A DNA stretch of 63,121 nucleotides, filler included, from Asterionella formosa (Eukaryota), in assembly GCA_002256025.1 (NCBI GenBank). It is 22 parts of 22 records of this genome, joined end to end, with 100 filler letters (N's around TTAATTAATTAA, not from the genome) between each part and the next. Parts side by side here need not be neighbours in the genome. Positions count along the whole stretch, not along the records: positions 11,437 to 30,257 come from NKIB01003926.1; positions 30,358 to 31,526 come from NKIB01003927.1; positions 31,627 to 32,795 come from NKIB01003928.1; positions 32,896 to 34,064 come from NKIB01003929.1; positions 34,165 to 52,981 come from NKIB01003930.1; 17 more parts are not named here. One strand, 5' to 3'. This document shows, piece by piece, positions 25,390 to 38,164 of the stretch. The translations under genes were made by a program, and so were the position numbers. The first letter of the stretch is position 1; every line of letters begins with the position of its first letter. The notes beneath the pieces were generated by a model. It searched no databases. It was not told the origin of the DNA and saw only the letters and a program-made list of their open reading frames with translations.

Positions 25390-26108
25390 GAAATAGAAGA
25401 TTCTTGACAACCTGGTATGGACGAGTTTTGAACCGAACTACGACCTTTGTACTGATTGAGTTCATTGACCAATTGATAATATCCTTTGGCAAGTGCAAAG
25501 TGTTTTTCCTTTAGTTTATCATGTACTTATATGGTCCGTGCAATTAGAACATTTATGATATGGAACCATGTCATCCATCTGTATCTGCATCCGGGAGTTA
25601 TTAATGGTATTATCGACAGGAGCCATTTTTCTTGTAGAAACAACTGAAGAATAAACGTCATCATCTCTTTCAGTATCAATGAGGGGATCCTGTGTAGCTG
25701 ATAGTGTCCCTGTGGATGATGGGGTAGTACCCCCACTAACTCCCTGTTGCCGATTGGGTTCCTTTGGATAATCACCGATTCCCTTTTTCTTTGCGAACTC
25801 ATTTTGGTACTTGCTTCTTTGTTCCATACCGGAATTATTTGTCACATGTTGCTTGTTTCCATGAACCTCTTTATGGTTTTCTGAAGACATTGTACTACTA
25901 GTAGGTAACTCTTATCGTTTTCTAAAGTTCGAGGGCCTTAAAATCAGGTGGTGTTGCTACAATGAAATGAACCATGAGCCACTACTTATAATATTTTACG
26001 GTGTCTAGATATGATACTACCATAAGACCGACAGTGCTATTTACATTATCATATACAAATCAGATCCGAGTTTGAGTAATGTTCAGGATTTCGGAGAAGG
26101 CGCATGTA

Positions 26109-27027
26109 CTACTCATCATGCATTTTGTTCTTCTTTATCAATTGCATAACAGTTAGTGCAGTAACTGATTCTGTGTTCCCGATATAAAGATGTCTCTTTC
26201 GAGATTGAGATAGTTGATTGTGCTGTGACATTGCAGTTGCAGTACTCTGGGACTGCATTGTTTGCATAGAGGAAATAATATTTAGGTCCACAAATGACGA
26301 TGTCGCAATCAACAATGAACCCTCTCCGAATCTAATTGAATCACACTTGAAATCAAATGTCATTGTGAGCAATGTAGCTTCTCCATTTTGACTTTTCTCA
26401 AGAAGCTTATAAATCGACTCGTAGAATTGATCGAGTGTACCGATGAGTGTAAAGTGGAGCAAAATGATAGATCCCCGCCCTTTGGAACGATCCTCTAACA
26501 TGTAAGACATGTTATGAATGAAGTTAGCCATAAAAGGCTTCCTGTGGTCAATGAATGATTTATCACCACTGTTGAGGCCCTCTGAATTGTTGTTGTGTGC
26601 AGGCAAACCACCACGAAGTAGATTGTAACTGTTCAATTCAATTCTGGTGTGAATGGTGGGACCCCATTGTTTCAATCATGCAGTTGCAACTTTCTTTTCC
26701 TTGTATGTGTTGATCGACTTGAAAATCATCAAATCGCGGAGGATTGGAACTAGCTGTATCCAGGGACTTCTTTTATACGCCTCGAAGTATTCACCCATAC
26801 TCTTCTTGTTTTTGTCGTATTTCTTGAAGCAACTTTCCTCTATGCTTCTTTACACATGTATTCCAGGCATGATAAGAGCACATACCACATGTAAATTCGG
26901 CATTTGGCCAAATCTTCTTGATATTGAAAGTGCCTTTGAATTTTATAAATGTACAACACTTGATATATTTATATGTTTAAAATTTTTATCAATATATACA
27001 TGGCAAATACATTTGAAATCGTTCTGA
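26109..27027 (-). pseudogene. Degenerate MULE/Mutator-like transposase
   Basis: IKKIWPNAEFTCGMCSYHAW (CxxH motif after the second catalytic D) and GLPAHNNNSEGLN..DK (catalytic E motif). Frameshifted. Confidence 0.7.
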
Positions 27028-27044
27028 AATGTTAACAATCCAGG

Positions 27045-28027
27045 CCTGCTTTGTGAAAGAAATATCGTAGTAGCATATGAAAAGGAAAAAGTTTACGCAA
27101 CAACAAAAAACATTGCGGCTTCCACACATTGCGCCTTCTAAGGATGGAGTGTGTTTAAGCTAGCTAATTAATCTATCAATGTGGTACATGGATGACAATC
27201 ATTGGGACTACAACAACAAAGAGTAAACTAAACGTTGACTTCCTTCTCAGTTGATTCCATAGCTCATTTCGCTTTTTAGGGAGCACTAATGTAAAACAAA
27301 ACAATACAGACATTTGCATCAGTTGCTTTGATTTGTGGTAGCTAAGTGAAGCAAGAGGATACGATGGAATTGCGTGTTGTTGTGTCAGTGTAACATGACT
27401 AGCTAACTAGCCATTCCTTCCCATTGTTACTGTAACTGCATAGGACAATAAAACCAATCAAACAACTGAATAGTAGTGGGCGAGTTCAGAATGACACTAT
27501 CGGCAGGGAGAGAGACAAGGCATTAAGCACTGCCTGTCACAAGATTCAGAATAGAGGAAGAAAAGGGTGAGACAGGAACAATATACATTGAGATGAGTGG
27601 AGAGGAGAGAAACATTCCTTGGGTAGCTGTAAAAACAGAAATAGCATTGCTAAGGTTGATAGTTAAATTACAATACATTTAAATCTATTTTGAACAAGGC
27701 TTGTGATTAGAATTACGATCATGTTTAAGATAGATATACAATGAAGCAATTCACATGATAGCATAGAGTTTATCTAATTTTAGGATGCATTGTCGTAACA
27801 ATTTATATTTGGCGACCACAAGAAGTAAAAATAAAATGAGAAGGTTTACGATATTGATAAGAAATGTTGTTGATCAGTTGATGGACATTGTATGATAATA
27901 ATGTTCTTATTATCATCATACTTCAAGTCTGGTAAAATATTAAAAAATCATCATAGTTATAGGAGAGATTGATCATAGTTTTGAACCAAAAACTAACATA
28001 TATATTAGAAAGTCCTGTGCCACTTAG
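27045..28027 (+). repeat. Dispersed repeat R1, probable 5' end of the MULE-like element
   Basis: Colinear with 61965-63117, with a shared boundary CCTGTGCCACTTAG. Lies directly upstream of the minus-strand MULE remnant. Confidence 0.85.
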
Positions 28028-28039
28028 CATACAATTCCC

Positions 28040-29130
28040 TTGATCCTATATGCATGACAAGTTTTATTTGCAGACCATCTACCAACACTTGTACCTTCCA
28101 GCTACACTCAATATTCAAGCAGATACCCTTACCTTTCAAGCATACAGAGCTCTTTGCCTCATGATCACTCGGGAGCATAATCTTTCCACTTCAGGTCACC
28201 CCAGCACCTTGCTCATTACAGGTCGCCCAGTAACCTCCAACATGGAGTTAACCTCTCGAACAGCTTACTGTCAACCTCGACATTTCCGCTACTTCGAAAG
28301 AAAACGGCTAGTGGTCTCACAAAACCTTCTCCCATGGCCGCAAACTTGCAATCTTTTAACTTGCTAACGGCCAATGGCACATAAACTCCATTCTTCACCG
28401 CTGTGGGAAACCGATTCTCCCCTCTGCCGTCGTTGTCAAGAATTCCCTGAATCTCATGATCATGTTTTGAATTGCTCCCATCATTCCCAAGCCTTTCGCG
28501 CCGCGAAATGGTCCATACTTGCAAATGACCTCAAAAAAGAACATAAAACGCCAGACAAAGTTTTCTTTGCCCTGGAATATGGAATCCACTCCTGGGCGCA
28601 TGGCAACTCCGACCCTATTTGGCCTCTACCACCACCACCCATTCACACTGATTCCTTAGCTAGCTACTACCTCCGCTTAAACTGACTTCGAGCACCAAAC
28701 AAAAATAGGATGGAACCAGAGGACTGTCAGAGGGCATTTAGTTCTTGCATGGGGAGACACTATGTCTATTTATCACAAACTACGTTTTCCAAAATCCAAG
28801 TTCACTCCATCCCAATGGACTTGCACCCTTCTCATAGCCTCCATGTATATTCTTCTGACCAATGGGACGAACGCAATTCCTTCATCCATGGCACTACTCT
28901 CCAGAGCAACCGAGCTAAACACACTCGCTTTCTCATCTCAAACATCACAACTGCCTACCAAAACCAACATCTTGTTTATTTAGCAGATCAGAATCACTTA
29001 TTTAGCCTTCCCCTTAGCGAATGCCTTCTCCGCACTCCTTCTGACATGGAAGCTTGGCTTACCGTCTACAAAACTGGTCAACATCTCTTAGCCTCGTCTC
29101 TCTCAATCCTCTCAAATTGCCCGGGATAAA
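28040..29130 (+). pseudogene. Non-LTR (LINE) retrotransposon ORF2 3' remnant
   Basis: LNIQAD.L (RNase H end), SPLCRRCQEFPESHDHVLNC zinc knuckle, HQTKIGW and W.ERN.FIHG. Confidence 0.75.
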
Positions 29131-29319
29131 GAGCGCCAAGGGCACCATTCGTCATTGCCTTATTCAACACAATGCCCCCCCCCACCATCCTGCTCCCCAC
29201 ATGTACCGGTAGCTTTCTCTTACTCAAAACCGGCGCTTCGCACAGTGGCATGACCCAAAGAACCCCAGTATAGTCTAGGCTCCATAACGAGTACTTAAAT
29301 TTTTATTTCCACTGACTTA

Positions 29320-29565
29320 CATATGGCAGTCCATAATGCGATGTACCAAGAGGAATTGAAAAAGTATATCATGAAACTGGCAGGATGGGACACACATTTT
29401 GTGTTTGACATGGTAGATTGGGAAGCTCGACATCAAGCTAGCAAAAACTTAAGGGGATCCAAGAAAATGACAATCTTTAAACTGGAATTCGAAGAACTCT
29501 TGGCGATCTTTACTAAACATACCAGCAAATAAGATAAGACAGTTGACAATTGGTGCTTCTGCCTT
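29320..29565 (+). pseudogene. Second LINE fragment
   Basis: ELKKYIMKLAGW....FDMVDWEA motif, typical of the post-RNase H region of these LINEs. Confidence 0.5.
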
Positions 29566-29573
29566 AAACATTT

Positions 29574-29950
29574 CATCTAAGACGCCGTTTACGGCACTTT
29601 TTCGAATTCATGTGTAAAGTGACGTATTTATGCTACTTTTTTTAAAATATTATGTTACTTTTCTAAAATATTATGTTACTTTTTTGAAATATTATGCTAC
29701 TTTTTCCCTAATTTATTCGGGTTAAACAAAAATTTATTTCACTTATCGAATAATTATGTGATCACACCAATAATTATGTGTGTTCGTGACAATATATGTT
29801 GACCAACTAGCCATCGCAACAGTTTAAAAGCGAAATTATGCTGCTCTGCCGCAATATTATGCTGCTTTCACCATATAATGAACGAAAGAGTCGCCAATTC
29901 CGATTCACTTATTATTTTTTCCGCTCCGACATATTTCTTTGATCTGAACT
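29574..29950 (+). mobile_element. CATCTAAG-family end L
   Basis: CATCTAAGACGCCGTTTACGGCACTTTTTCG, with internal AAAATATTATGTTACTTTT repeats. Confidence 0.8.
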
Positions 29951-30684
29951 GGCAAAGAATAACACATGCAAGAGGAAGATTCACACTGTAGAATTCAGCA
30001 CACGTAGTAGTAGTTGATGTTGTAGACACATAATTAAGTCATTGTTGATTGTAGAGATTACAATAGCCTGCCAGATTGGAAATAAAGCACCGTTGGTACT
30101 TGTTGAGCATCGTTGAGCATTGCATGTCTCCGTAGTGAATCGAAATTGAGATGTGCCACAATGGCCTTCTCCGTCTCGGAGCAGCTACAAATAGTCTACA
30201 GCGATAACTCTAGCAAGTACAATATAGAAAAATAACCAGAGGATGAGTAGCTGACAANNNNNNNNNNNNNNNNNNNNNNNNNNNNNNNNNNNNNNNNNNN
30301 NTTAATTAATTAANNNNNNNNNNNNNNNNNNNNNNNNNNNNNNNNNNNNNNNNNNNNTAGGTTTTATGCTAATTCTATTCTTCAAAACAGGGAAACGTCA
30401 AAACACAACAATGACCGGGGCAATTAGAGGGGCGGCCCCCAAAGCAAAAGTAAGCAAAATAGTAAGCAAGTTTTGCTTTCTTTGTTTCTTTGCTTTATTC
30501 TCTCCAAACTCAAAATTATTCTCCTTTTCCAGTCGAAGTAAGGAAAACAATCCATCTTAATTAATGGTTTCAAAGTCGTTGGGATTGGAAATTGGTCACT
30601 GCCAGCATCATCATAGCAACTAGCCAATATAACTAGTCTATCATAAACTATGTATGTGCAGTACATACTCATGTTACCAGGATA

Positions 30685-31005
30685 CCAGCAAGTTGCGGTG
30701 ATTTTGCTGCTTTGTGTACTCATTCCCAAAACTGACAAATATTTCTCGACTCAGCAGCCGTTAAAAAATCAAAGTATGAAACTTCTAACAGCTTGCGCCT
30801 GCAGGCCATATAAAGACGACTGGTCAAAATTTGATAAATTCAGATAATTAAGGACAAAACAGGTTCTGACAAATCGTAATTTTGGGTTAAAGAATTTAGG
30901 GACTATGTTAATTTAAGCAAATGGAGACTCTACTTTAAGCAAAAATACTTTAAGGGAATCTATCTAAAGCAATGTACTTTAAGCAAAATTTTGCTTAAAC
31001 TAAAC
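30685..31005 (+). mobile_element. TA-flanked TIR element end (CCAGCAAGTTGCGGT family)
   Basis: TA-CCAGCAAGTTGCGGTGATTTTGCT matches the TIR at 60887. The internal part is homologous to the reverse complement of 53205-53310. Confidence 0.6.
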
Positions 31006-32895
31006 AAACATAGTACCCGGAAGTTCTTAATTTATTTGTACATGGTGCCTACTACATCATTATGGAAGGAGATTGAGTTACCGGTACCCCCGGTAGGGCA
31101 CTCCTGTCGGCAGCACATGCATGGCTTGCCAAGTACAGTAGTAGTGGTATCAACCAGGTTTCATATGTAGCGGTACATAGGAATGGGCTGCTGCACAATA
31201 CTACTACGACTACAGGGCATACTGGCAGTTTTGACGACATCATATACCGGAGCAAATGCTTCACATTTGCCGGCTTCTACAAGGACTAAATACAATTGCC
31301 CATTTGCAATCAATCAATTCTTAGTAGATATTACCCTTATTCACATGTTTTGCTTCTACTACTCATGTTAATCCTGTAGTCGTAGTCTTATTTGTTGTGT
31401 AGCTACTGTAAAAGTGTTGTATCTGTTCGAAGTATCGTCGTTTAAAGATTGCATATCTCTAAAGTATATGGAAAAATGTGCCAGTGGCGACTTCAATTTT
31501 CGTTGTCAATATTAGCGCTATTAGAANNNNNNNNNNNNNNNNNNNNNNNNNNNNNNNNNNNNNNNNNNNNTTAATTAATTAANNNNNNNNNNNNNNNNNN
31601 NNNNNNNNNNNNNNNNNNNNNNNNNNTCTTGTACGAAGAGTTCGTTGTTCTTGTTTGCAAGCAATGCTATGCTGTAAAAGACAAGAGGAAGGATGGAGCA
31701 ACGACACAAAGGAGAAGGAAAGAACAAGGCGAAACGAAGAATCCTAAATACATATTTGCCCACCGCAGCAGGAGGATCCTGCGAGCTGAAACGCACACGA
31801 CAATACCGGTAAATACTACATACTTTGATAGACACGATCCAAAGGCAGCACGCAAATAGCAGGGAGGGAGGAGCATGCACAACAAAGAAACACGAAGAGG
31901 ACGCTCGAAGCAACACACTACCAGTATATAGAACATTCCAGGTATATTCTTACATACCACAGTAGGGTAGTGGGACTAGGTACGACCTGGTGTGTGGTAC
32001 CAGTACAAGCATTACTGCTACATCAGCTTTGAACCAGTTGTGCTTTTGTTCGCTCAGCATTGATTCTGACTTTTTCCTCATCATGATCATGAAAGGAACT
32101 TATGATACTGGGATTCAAATATACTTTAGTGTCACTATAAACAGCATACTGTCCTATCCAAGGACAAGCCAATTTTTCTTAGCTTCTGCTCCATATCCGA
32201 CTGTTGCATGTTTGCACTCTACAAATCTTCACCTTGGGACCTTGGCTAGTCCAGATTCCATTGACACATTGTAGATTTCAGCATGTCATACCAAGCCGAT
32301 GCATTTTATAACAATGTCTGGTGGGAACAACAATGTTTTAGAGTTTCAGCTGTCAAAGCACCTACCAACACCATCATGGCTGGGCCATGGCTACATCATG
32401 ATGCCATAGCTGGTGACCTGTGAATTGCATGCCAGAGATAATGATGCATTGACATTGGAGAGGATTTTTCATTACAATTATTGGTTCAATTCATAAACAT
32501 GTTGCACCCCATAAGAAGTGGCTGGCCATTGGAATAGTATATGCTCCTCTGCCATTACAACCTGCCTGGTGGCCACCACGCCAACATGGTATGATTGACC
32601 AGCATGTCATGGAGCAATTATGTTCTCGGGGCAACAAAGAACATTGCCCTGCGAGTTTTGATGGAACAAAAGCAAATGTTACTTGGTCACATTGATGGTG
32701 TGACAGTGTGGATGAAAAAGTGTTAGAACGTTTTCATTGTCACTATGGTTCAGCCATTATACCAAAAATTGGTAGCAATTGCTACCAATTGGGGANNNNN
32801 NNNNNNNNNNNNNNNNNNNNNNNNNNNNNNNNNNNNNNNTTAATTAATTAANNNNNNNNNNNNNNNNNNNNNNNNNNNNNNNNNNNNNNNNNNNN

Positions 32896-33709
32896 ACACT
32901 GCAGTGTAGTCGTCATGATCGGCTGGAGCATCCTGCAGCATGTCGTTTAAGCCTTGACCATGACGAAAATAGCGGAAATCTCTACGAAAACTGAGAGCGA
33001 CGCTTTCCTATTCGATACATATGTCAAGCAAAACATAGACAATACAATCGTAAAAGAATAACTGTAATAACACTAAAATTGACGATGAAAATTAAAGTCG
33101 CCGATGGCGCCATTTTTATTTAGCTAATTTAGAAATGCACAATTGAAGATGACAATCTTTCTAAGGAATTCGACTCTTTCACAGTAGCTGAAAAATGAAT
33201 AATACAACGGCTATAACAATAGCATGATGAGTTGAAGCTAAAGATGTGAAAATCGATCTTTATCAAGTGAGAATTGATTTATTGATTGTACCGGCAATAT
33301 GTGTAGTCGTTAATGCAGGTATCAGTGCCGACAAAGCAATGTATTATTCTTTGGCAGTTGATACCAAAAAAAATTTGAAAGCAGAAAAAATAATAATTGA
33401 ATCTATATTGGGGACTCTTAATTTATTTATTTGGTGAAACCAGCGTAATATTGCTGCGAAGTAGCATAATTTTCCCATCATACTGTAGCAACGGCTAGTT
33501 GGTCAGTGAATATTTTTGCAAACACACATAATTATTGGTTTGATCACATAATTATGCGATAAGTGAAATAAATTTTGTTTTAGATCACATAAATTCTGGT
33601 TTGGCCCAAATAAATTCCGGAAAAAGTAGCATAATATTTTAGAAAAGTAGCATAAATAAGTCACTTTAGACATAAATTCGAAAAAGTGCCGTAAACGGCG
33701 TCTTAGATG
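32896..33709 (-). mobile_element. CATCTAAG-family end L plus internal sequence
   Basis: Ends GGCGTCTTAGATG at 33709. The internal AAATTAAAGTCGCCGATGGC block recurs at ~11220, 31480 (rc), 44875 and 58415. Confidence 0.75.
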
Positions 33710-33834
33710 TAGTGTTCCGATGTCAGGTCCAAAAATTTTCTCTGCAATTTTGATATCATCGGTAGTCACTGGATTATTGTTGATCGTATTCATACGAATT
33801 ATTGCCTTGAAATCATTTATTGATGGTGTACCCA
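33710..33834 (-). pseudogene. Copia pre-integrase fragment
   Basis: GTPSINDFKAIIRMNTINNNPVTTDDIKIAEKIFGPDIGTL, a conserved diatom Copia motif. Confidence 0.8.
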
Positions 33835-34064
33835 CATCTAAGCCGCGTATTACGTGAAGTGACCATCACATAAATAAGCCTAGTTGATTTTGAATGCATC
33901 ACATGAATTAGTTGAATACATCAAAATACGTAGTTGAATATATCTATATATTATCTGAATACATCACGTTAAATATTTGATCAAAGTATCATGCATGCAT
34001 TCCTGATCATCACTATATTATGTGATCACGTTCACATAATTATTTGAAATACTTCACATAATTA
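33835..34064 (+). mobile_element. CATCTAAG-family end R
   Basis: Starts CATCTAAGCCGCG, the same terminus as the reverse complement of 11560-11572. Confidence 0.6.
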
Positions 34065-34647
34065 NNNNNNNNNNNNNNNNNNNNNNNNNNNNNNNNNNNN
34101 NNNNNNNNTTAATTAATTAANNNNNNNNNNNNNNNNNNNNNNNNNNNNNNNNNNNNNNNNNNNNATGCTGTTACCCTGGTACATTAAAAGTGCAGCCAAT
34201 ACGTAAATCTGATGTGTACATGATATTATGCATAAGTACTAGCAGCAAATAGTCAGGGTGGCACTTTGAGGCGTTCACGTTCGATCTTGCCAAAAATGGA
34301 TTTGAGTCCACTTTTATTTTAATATCATGATACATCAACATTTGCATATCATTCTGTCAGCAATGAAATTAGAGCACGGTAGGAAAGGAAGTCTACCAAA
34401 ATATTACATCAAGAAAAGAACAGGGCAACATTTGTTGATGTATGACAACATGTTAGCGATCACAAATAGTGCATCGTAATTAAGGTCCAAATCATTGCTA
34501 AACACGTGAAAAGGCATATAGACTCGGGGTTGCTCAAAATCCATCTTAAGGCTTCTAAAGCAAATGACAATTTCTCCCTAGACCTTGAAAGTGGAAAAAG
34601 ACCCCATTGCATGAAAGAAAACTCACACATCGAGAGAATGAATGCGC

Positions 34648-35394
34648 TTAGTCATCCTTTTCTGGAGAATCTGAATGTGGCCTTGATGGCTTCGAATTAG
34701 AACCTGAAGAAGCAGATGATGGACTTGGATAGAAATCTGTAGAAGGCGATGGGCAATTCGTTGTTGGAGAAAGTGGTGGTTAGTTGGTGTTTGGCTTGTC
34801 GTACTCTAACGTCCCGTGAAATGGAATAAATGAATTTTGAAATTTACCTGACGATGGTGTTGGTCCTGGCGTTGTTGTTGGAGCATTCAATTTGGATGCA
34901 TTGGATTTTTTAAATCCAAAAATGAGTCCAAATACTAGAGCTAGAAATACAACAAGTATAATGGCAACAGCAAAGCGGAACCGTCGGCTATGATAGACAA
35001 TTTTCCAAGCGTCTTTTTCCAATTTCGATTCCTCCACAGCTTCGCCAAAAACTAAAGAAGTGCCATCATCCCTCGGAAGACCTTCCCTACTAGGAGTAAC
35101 AACGGCGTCGTGGTGTTCCACCAATTCGGCATTGACAAGGACATCTTCCTCTTGAATTCTTGTGATGGTGCTCATGGCGTCATCTTGTTGGGGACGTCGT
35201 GTGCCTATCGGAAATGCCCCCGGTGTTGATCTATCTCGACGTAGGGAAGGGGGAGCGAGTCCAGGTTCACAATGAGGAGTTGCAATATTGTCAGCCTTTT
35301 CCTGTTGCATTTCTTGGTGCTCGTTTTCTTCCTCTTCTTGTTTGTCGGCAGTTCTCATTTCGACATCTCCAACCTTTTGGTCTTTATTAGACAT
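34648..35394 (-). CDS. Two-exon single-pass membrane protein (~211 aa): exons 35394-34848 and 34736-34648
   Basis: PGAF and LVNAELV motifs, TM FAVAIILVVFLALVFGLIFGF and a PT linker. An intron GTAAAT...CTAAC...TACAG gives an in-frame short S-rich exon ending TAA. Confidence 0.7.
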
Positions 35395-36099
35395 GATCGA
35401 TTTATTTTGACAGTGCTCGACACACCTGGTACCAGGTACCGTTATATCAGCTATACGATTAGTCTACAAGACCACAAGAAAATCAGTTCAACAATCACTC
35501 GTCCTCAGCATTTTCTTGGGTCGTACCGCCCAGTGAACAACTACTGTGACCCACTGAACAGAAGAAAAGCACGGTTTGACCTCACCAAATGCCGATACTG
35601 GTATGTTAATTTTTAAACTTCGACCCAAATCCTGAGCACCTACGGTTAAGGCTGCGGTACCGGCATGCGATGAAAATACTGCCGGAACACGGATTTCCCC
35701 ATATAGATACAAAAATTATATCGCATTCGATTTATCTGATTCAAGTCATATCCCTATCCCTGTCTCCTGTTATTGCATAAGTAACTTGGCTGAGCATTCC
35801 TAGACGGGCACTCCAAGGTATCGTAGACCCACATACCATCATTATCCCCAATTACCAGGTACTCCCTCTGTCTACAGTAGTAACAGTTGCATCGATAATT
35901 CAAATTTATCCGGGGCCATTTTGATTCTTACGACTTTCTCCGGCTCAATAGCCCTATGGTACAGCTTGCTCGAAGCTACGGATCCATGTATATATAATAT
36001 ATAGAAAGATTAAAATTGGCAACTACATTTGAAAAAACGTTTTTCGTCTTTTTCGACTTCCACTTTTGCTCATCTTGAGCGAAATGCAGATGCCTGACC

Positions 36100-37565
36100 C
36101 CCCTTTTTTCTAGCCACCACCTCTTCTCAACAAGCACATGAGAAAAGGATCTAACACCAGAAGAGCATCAACTAAAGTTGGATTATGGTTTACAGAACCT
36201 CCAAAAAGGACCTGATGGAGGGGACGAAATAGATAGTTGGCTCATTTTAGTGCGTGGAACCGTTAAATTTTTGGTGGGCCGGTTCAAAGTTGATAAAACA
36301 ACTATACAATGTATTTGGAACCGCGCGCTCGAATCCTATTAAAATGATGATACTTACGTGTTTGCATCACTTTCCTGCAAATTATTGACTGGGTATACTT
36401 GCAAATACCCACGTGAAGAAATAATTGCAGCGATTAGAGGTATTCCATATCGCAAGCGTACTATGTATCGTAAATTAGCAGCTGCTCTTGCCCTTCCCAA
36501 GTCAACAGTTTTTTGGATTGCAAAGGATAACAGAGAGAATGTAAGCAATACGACCGCACACAAGTGAAGTCAAGTAAGCAATACGACCGCACACAAGTGC
36601 AGTCAAGCCGATGCTTTCGGAGGAGGGTAAGATAAGTCGTTTTATGCATTGTGTTAATCATTTACAATTGAACCATCCAGATCAAGAACATCCTTCCCCT
36701 GACGTTGATTTTGATTCGGGACTGTTTGGTTACTATAATGGCTTCTACGACCAGGTCCATATAGATGAAAAGTGGTTCTTTGTTTCAGAAGGAAAGTTGA
36801 AAATATATCTGGCTCATGGAGAAGAGGCTCCCAAAAGGCGGACAAAACATAAGGAGCATATAGAAAAGGTCATTTTCCTTTCTGCTGTGACAAGTCCGCG
36901 TTTTGACGACGAAAAAGTGTGTACGTTTGATGGTAAAATTGGAATTTGGCCATTTGTGCACCAAGTGGCAGCGCAAAGAAGTTCAATTTATCGACCAGTA
37001 GGGACAATGGAAACAAAGTCACTCCCAGTGACAAAAATGTCATATGCTGACATGATTGTTGATAATGTTTTACCTATGATAAAAGCGAAGTGACCTGATG
37101 GAAACAAACGAATATATCTACAGCACGACAATGCTTCAACACATTTTGGTTCCGATTTTGCTCCCTTTGTAGCAGCTGCAACAGATGAAGAATGGTATAT
37201 TCGATTGACTAGGCAACCCGCAAACAGTCCGGATTTGAATATCAACGATCTATCTTTTTTTAGGAAATTACAGTCAGGTCAATGGGACTCTGTGGAAGAA
37301 GCCCACAACGACATCGACGGTTTGATAGAGGCAGTGCAGGCAGCATTCGTTCTTTTTAACCAACCAAATTAAATTGTTCTTTCTTAACATTACAGGGTTG
37401 CTTGGAAGAGATTATTTTGGTTAATGGCGACAACAATTATAATATACCTCACATTGGCTGGGAAGGCGGCTATGGAACGGGCGGGAATTTTACCTGATAG
37501 GTTGTTAGCAGCTGGGGAAGGAGCAATTGAGTTGGCTAGCACATTTCTGGATGATCTTTTTTAAC
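36100..37565 (+). pseudogene. DD39D mariner transposase, inactivated
   Basis: VHIDEKWF, FDGKIGIWPF, IYLQHDNASTH and QPANSPDLNINDL, with 39 residues between the 2nd and 3rd D. TGA at 37091 (KAK*P), frameshifts and a 33-bp tandem duplication at 36541-36606. Confidence 0.92.
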
Positions 37566-37747
37566 AGTAGGGTGTAATGATAAGGGGTTTTTCGTCTCCG
37601 GCGCCATTTTGCATTGCTGCATTGGATCAAAAGACGTTCCCCCTTTTATATATATATATATGCTAGCACTGGTTGTTAATGGTTCTATATGCATTGAACT
37701 TATAGTTTCTTTGACAAGTTGGATAACTACAGTTGGATTTTATTTAA

Positions 37748-38164
37748 CTACACAGCAGTAGGATTATGAAACGTAAAAAGAGCCGCTCCATAACCTTGCA
37801 TATTCATTCTTCGTTTTGTTTGCTCCTTAGAATCTCGTAGTAGTTCAATAACTACAGCAGTACGATTAACATACTGCGCTGCCTCCTCGACTTTGTTATG
37901 CGCGATCCTCCTTGCAAGATACCCAACTCTACACCTTTGACCTTCTGGATGGAGATCACAGTCCATGGTCACCTCGATAGCATCCTCGAGTTCTTGGAGG
38001 ATCTCGTACAACACAATACAGAAAGAGAAGAAAACCACAGAGCCAACCTTTACTGTTGATCCGCAACAGTGATGATGGGCGCAACTGCGACCATTGTTTC
38101 TGGCCATCAAGCCAAGGATCTGACCATCAGGAATGGGCGCCGCATCGGCAAAGTCAACATCCAT
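37748..38164 (-). CDS. Intact 138-aa transposon cargo protein with a Cys/His cluster and HIRAN-like motifs
   Basis: ATG-to-stop ORF inside the TIRs, convergent on the transposase. Motifs GRSCAHHHCCG, EDAIEV and RCRVGYL. Confidence 0.7.
   Translation of the reverse strand: MDVDFADAAPIPDGQILGLMARNNGRSCAHHHCCGSTVKVGSVVFFSFCIVLYEILQELEDAIEVTMDCDLHPEGQRCRVGYLARRIAHNKVEEAAQYVNRTAVVIELLRDSKEQTKRRMNMQGYGAALFTFHNPTAV

Noticed and set aside
31990..32780. Possible decayed gene
   Set aside because: Multiple stops in all frames and no identifiable motif.
37748..38164. Mariner cargo as a Fanzor/TnpB nuclease
   Set aside because: Only 138 aa, with no RuvC D-E-D motifs or CxxC...CxxC finger followed by RD.NA.
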